A stretch of 9,241 nucleotides of DNA. Origin: a virus. Its lineage: Duplodnaviria; Heunggongvirae; Uroviricota; Caudoviricetes. A model generated the notes under the pieces. It had not been told where the DNA came from. It ran no database searches and saw only the letters and a list, made by a program, of their open reading frames with translations. This document shows, one piece after another, positions 6,452 through 9,241 of the stretch (positions are counted from its first letter, which is position 1; each line of letters begins with the position of its first letter). A program made the translations under genes and the position numbers. The stretch covers positions 1 to 9,241 of the IMG/VR virus record IMGVR_UViG_2585427789_000003; one strand, 5' to 3'.

Positions 6452-7931
6452 CACCATTCCGTCGAATACGCTGGTTCCGTTGTTTTATGCGGAAATGGAT
6501 AACCAGGCGGCGAATACTGCACAGGACAGCGGAGCATCGCTGCTGATTGGTCATGCCAATAACGGTGCAGAGATTGTTGCCAACAGTCTGGTACTGATGC
6601 CGTCGGCAGACTATGCACGCCAGATTTGTGGTGTGGGAAGTCAGCTGGCGCGTATGGTCGAGGCTTATCGCCAGACTGACCCGTTTGGCGAGCTGTATGT
6701 GATTGCCGTTCCGGAAGCCACAGGCGCGGCGGCAACGGTTACGCTGACGGTGACCGGGGCGGCAACCGAAACCGGCACGGTGAATGTGTATGTGGGACGT
6801 ACCCGCGTGCAGGCACCGGTGACTAACGGCGATAACGTCACGATGATTGCCAGCAGTATCCAGGATGCCATCAATGCCGTTCCGACTCTGCCGTTTACGG
6901 CTTCATCTTCGGCAGGCGTGGTCACACTGACCGCGCGTCATAAGGGGCTTTGCGGGAATGAAATTCCTGTCAGCCTCAATTACTACGGCTTTGGTGGGGG
7001 CGAAGTGCTGCCAGCGGGCGTACAGATTGCCGTGGCGACGGGGACCGCCGGAACGGGCGCTCCGGTTCTCACCGGCGCGGTGGCTGCAATGGCGGATGAG
7101 CCGTTTGATTATATCGGCCTGCCGTTCAGCGACACGGCCTCCGTTAACACGCTGGTGACCGAGATGAACGATACCAGCGGTCGCTGGAGCTATGCGCGTC
7201 AGCTGTATGGTCATGTGTATACGGCAAAGATCGGCACACTGTCAGAACTGGTGAACGCAGGTGACCAGTTTAACCAGCAGCACATTACCCTGGCGGGGTA
7301 CGAAAAAGAAACCCAGACGCCTGCCGACGAGCTGGCAGCCAGCCGTACCGCCCGCGCGGCAGTGTTTATCCGCAACGATCCGGCACGTCCCACGCAGACC
7401 GGTGAGCTGGTGGGTATGCTGCCTGCGCCGAAGGGGAAACGGTTCACGATGACCGAGCAGCAGACCCTGCTGTCTCATGGCGTGGCAACGGCGTATGTCG
7501 AAAGCGGGGTGCTGCGCATTCAGCGTGATGTCACCACGTACAGGAAAAACGCTTACGGGGTTGCGGATAACAGCTACCTCGACAGCGAGACGCTGCATAC
7601 CAGCGCGTATGTACTGCGCAAACTGAAATCCGTCATTACCAGTAAGTACGGGCGTCACAAGCTTGCCAGTGACGGTACCCGCTTTGGTCCCGGTCAGGCG
7701 ATTGTCACCCCGGCGGTGATCAAAGGGGAACTGCTGGCAACCTACCGTCAGCTCGAGCGTGCGGGGATCGTGGAAAACTACGAACTGTTCAAGCAGTACC
7801 TGGTTGTGGAGCGTGATGCCAGCGATCCAAATCGCCTGAACACGCTGTTCCCGCCTGACTATGTTAACCAGTTGCGTGTCTTTGCCGTGGTTAACCAGTT
7901 CCGTCTTCAGTATTCAGAGGAGTCTGCATAA
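6435..7931 (+). CDS. Contractile tail sheath protein (Mu gpL-like)
   Basis: A 498-aa ORF with AAGGTG 7 nt upstream of ATG 6435. Its size is typical of Mu-type sheath proteins and it is immediately followed by a ~118-aa tube gene through a TAATG overlap. Confidence 0.85.
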   Translation: MTISFNTIPSNTLVPLFYAEMDNQAANTAQDSGASLLIGHANNGAEIVANSLVLMPSADYARQICGVGSQLARMVEAYRQTDPFGELYVIAVPEATGAAATVTLTVTGAATETGTVNVYVGRTRVQAPVTNGDNVTMIASSIQDAINAVPTLPFTASSSAGVVTLTARHKGLCGNEIPVSLNYYGFGGGEVLPAGVQIAVATGTAGTGAPVLTGAVAAMADEPFDYIGLPFSDTASVNTLVTEMNDTSGRWSYARQLYGHVYTAKIGTLSELVNAGDQFNQQHITLAGYEKETQTPADELAASRTARAAVFIRNDPARPTQTGELVGMLPAPKGKRFTMTEQQTLLSHGVATAYVESGVLRIQRDVTTYRKNAYGVADNSYLDSETLHTSAYVLRKLKSVITSKYGRHKLASDGTRFGPGQAIVTPAVIKGELLATYRQLERAGIVENYELFKQYLVVERDASDPNRLNTLFPPDYVNQLRVFAVVNQFRLQYSEESA

Positions 7932-8287
7932 TGGCCCGTATCGGGGGAACCTGTTATTTCAAAATTGACGGTCAGCAGCTATCGCTGACCGGCGGCATTG
8001 AGGTGCCCATGAACAGGACGGTCAATGATGACATCATCGGCCTGGACGGTTCAGTGGACCGCAAGGAAACTCACCGTGCGCCTTATGTCAAAGGGACCTT
8101 CAAGGTGCCGAAGAATTTTCCGGTGAGCAAAATCACCTCGTCTGATGAGATGACAATCACTGCCGAGCTGGCGAACGGTCAGGTCTATGTACTATCGTCT
8201 GCCTGGCTGCACGGCGAAGCGAACCATAATGCCGAAGAAGGCACGGTTGATCTTGAGTTCCACGGTGAAGAAGGGGATTACCAGTAA
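7931..8287 (+). CDS. Tail tube protein (Mu gpM-like)
   Basis: A 118-aa ORF whose start overlaps the sheath stop (TAATG at 7929-7933). It lies directly downstream of the sheath and upstream of the tail assembly chaperone, the canonical order for contractile tails. Confidence 0.8.
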   Translation: MARIGGTCYFKIDGQQLSLTGGIEVPMNRTVNDDIIGLDGSVDRKETHRAPYVKGTFKVPKNFPVSKITSSDEMTITAELANGQVYVLSSAWLHGEANHNAEEGTVDLEFHGEEGDYQ

Positions 8288-8556
8288 TGAAAGAGCTTGA
8301 GTTAAAGAAACCGATTACTGCTCATGGCGAGACACTCTCCGTACTGGAGTTTGATGAGCCCACCGGGAAGGATGTCCGCGAGCTGGGGTATCCCTACCAG
8401 ATGAATCAGGATGAGTCTGTCAGACTTCTGGCGCATGTGGTGTCGAAATACATTGTGCGGCTGGCGAAAGTGCCGCAAAGCTCTGTCGACCAGATGTCTC
8501 CGGCAGACCTGAATGCAGCGGCGTGGCTTGTGGCTGGTTTTTTCCTCCAGGCCTGA
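8287..8556 (+). CDS. Tail assembly chaperone, short (unshifted) product (gpG/gpE-like)
   Basis: An 89-aa ORF lying between the tube gene and the tape measure gene. It ends with GGT TTT TTC CTC CAG GCC TGA, which includes a slippery heptamer, and an overlapping ORF in the -1 frame runs to the tape measure start. Confidence 0.75.
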   Translation: MKELELKKPITAHGETLSVLEFDEPTGKDVRELGYPYQMNQDESVRLLAHVVSKYIVRLAKVPQSSVDQMSPADLNAAAWLVAGFFLQA

Positions 8557-8705
8557 CGGCTGAATACCTCACTGATCGCTTCTTTGACTGCGCCAGCTAC
8601 TGGCGCATTAATCCCTTCGAATTGCTGAATATGTCGATCAGTGAAATTCCCTTGCTGGTCAGTCAGGCAAACAGGATAGAGCAGGAGAAACGCACACATG
8701 GCTGA
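8287..8705 (+). CDS. Tail assembly chaperone, frameshift-extended product (gpGT/gpE+E'-like) made by a programmed -1 ribosomal frameshift
   Basis: The zero-frame ORF 8287-8556 and the -1-frame ORF that is open from 8523 to TGA 8703-8705 overlap across the heptamer T TTT TTC (8538-8544). The predicted fusion junction reads ...WLVAGFF/PPGLTAEY.... The conserved position between tube and tape measure genes matches the lambda G/GT and P2 E/E+E' paradigm. Confidence 0.6.
8538..8544 (+). other. Slippery heptanucleotide (T TTT TTC, X XXY YYZ type) for the -1 programmed frameshift
   Basis: Read directly from the sequence: zero-frame codons are GGT TTT TTC (8536-8544). The -1 frame stays open from here to 8705, whereas the zero frame stops 12 nt downstream at 8554-8556. 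Confidence 0.55.
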
Positions 8706-9241
8706 ATTTGAGCTTAAGGCGTTGATCACCGGTGTCGACAGGCTTTCTCCCGCGCTGTCGAAAATGCAAAAGAAAATCCGGGGATTTAAACGCCAGGCGG
8801 AAGATGCGTCACAGGGTGGGCTGGCGCTTGGTGGCGGACTGGCAGCGGGTTTGACGCTTTCCCTGAAATCTTATGCCGATCAGGAAAACGCCGCCACCGG
8901 GCTGAAAGTCGCCATGATGGATGCGAACGGCGAGATTGGAAAGCGCTTTCAGGACATCAATAAACTGGCTATTGGCCTGGGTAACCAGCTACCCGGTACA
9001 ACGGCTGATTTCCAGAACATGATGCAGATGCTGGTGCGTCAGGGGATCCCGGCAGAAAACATTCTTGGCGGTGTGGGTAAAGCGACAGCTTATCTTGCGG
9101 TACAACTGAAAAAAACACCGGAAGCGGCTGCCGAGTTTGCCGCAAAGATGCAGGATGCTACCGGAACGGCGTCAGAAGACATGATGGGGCTGTTCGACAC
9201 TATCCAGAAGGCGTTTTATCTGGGCGTTGACGATACCAACA
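8698..9241 (+). CDS. Tail tape measure protein, N-terminal part (3'-truncated by the window edge)
   Basis: ATG 8698 overlaps the stop of the frameshift product (ATGGCTGA). The frame is open with no stop for 181 codons to the window end. The translation (MAEFELKALITGVDRLSPALSKMQKKIRGFKRQAEDASQGG...) is helical and Ala/Gln/Lys-rich, typical of tape measure N-termini. It is missing from the supplied track, presumably because no stop codon falls inside the window. Confidence 0.8.
   Translation, partial: MAEFELKALITGVDRLSPALSKMQKKIRGFKRQAEDASQGGLALGGGLAAGLTLSLKSYADQENAATGLKVAMMDANGEIGKRFQDINKLAIGLGNQLPGTTADFQNMMQMLVRQGIPAENILGGVGKATAYLAVQLKKTPEAAAEFAAKMQDATGTASEDMMGLFDTIQKAFYLGVDDTN

Noticed and set aside
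7242-7658. 138-aa minus-strand ORF, plus several shorter + and - ORFs, inside the sheath gene
   Set aside because: They are embedded in the 498-aa sheath coding sequence in alternative frames. They are Arg/Gly/Pro-rich products typical of GC-rich shadow frames.
8523-8705. Track ORF 8523-8705 as an independent 60-aa gene
   Set aside because: Its apparent start is a GTG inside the chaperone gene with no ribosome-binding site. It is better explained as the -1 frame extension reached by slippage at 8538-8544.
8406-8729. 107-aa minus-strand ORF spanning the chaperone/tape measure junction
   Set aside because: The + strand here is accounted for by the chaperone, its frameshift extension and the tape measure start. 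An antisense gene across a programmed frameshift site is implausible without evidence.
1-9241. Search for CRISPR repeats, tRNA/tmRNA, IS or transposon ends, integrase/attachment sites, toxin-antitoxin or defence cassettes
   Set aside because: No regularly spaced direct repeats, no tRNA-like cloverleaf candidates, no terminal inverted repeats and no non-structural ORFs were seen. Coding density on the + strand is near-complete, with the only gaps at 1217-1363 and 4426-4503.

Overview
This window is a contiguous, single-strand (+) virion morphogenesis module of a tailed phage or prophage, with no room for cargo genes. Gene order is: terminase large subunit (5' end cut by the window), a small hydrophobic ORF, portal, prohead protease, major capsid protein, a terminator-like hairpin region, three head-completion/head-tail joining genes, a tail terminator-like gene, a small DUF2635-like ORF, tail sheath, tail tube, a tail assembly chaperone with a -1 frameshift extension, and the start of the tape measure protein (3' end cut by the window). 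The head genes look HK97-like and the contractile tail genes look Mu-like, a mosaic I recall from SfV-like enterobacterial prophages. I see no tRNA, rRNA, CRISPR array, IS element, integrase, attachment site or obvious defence/moron gene. I do not see a novel system here; the least explained elements are the small hydrophobic ORF between terminase and portal and the tandem hairpins after the capsid gene. All family assignments rest on motif recognition and gene order read from the translations; no database search was run.
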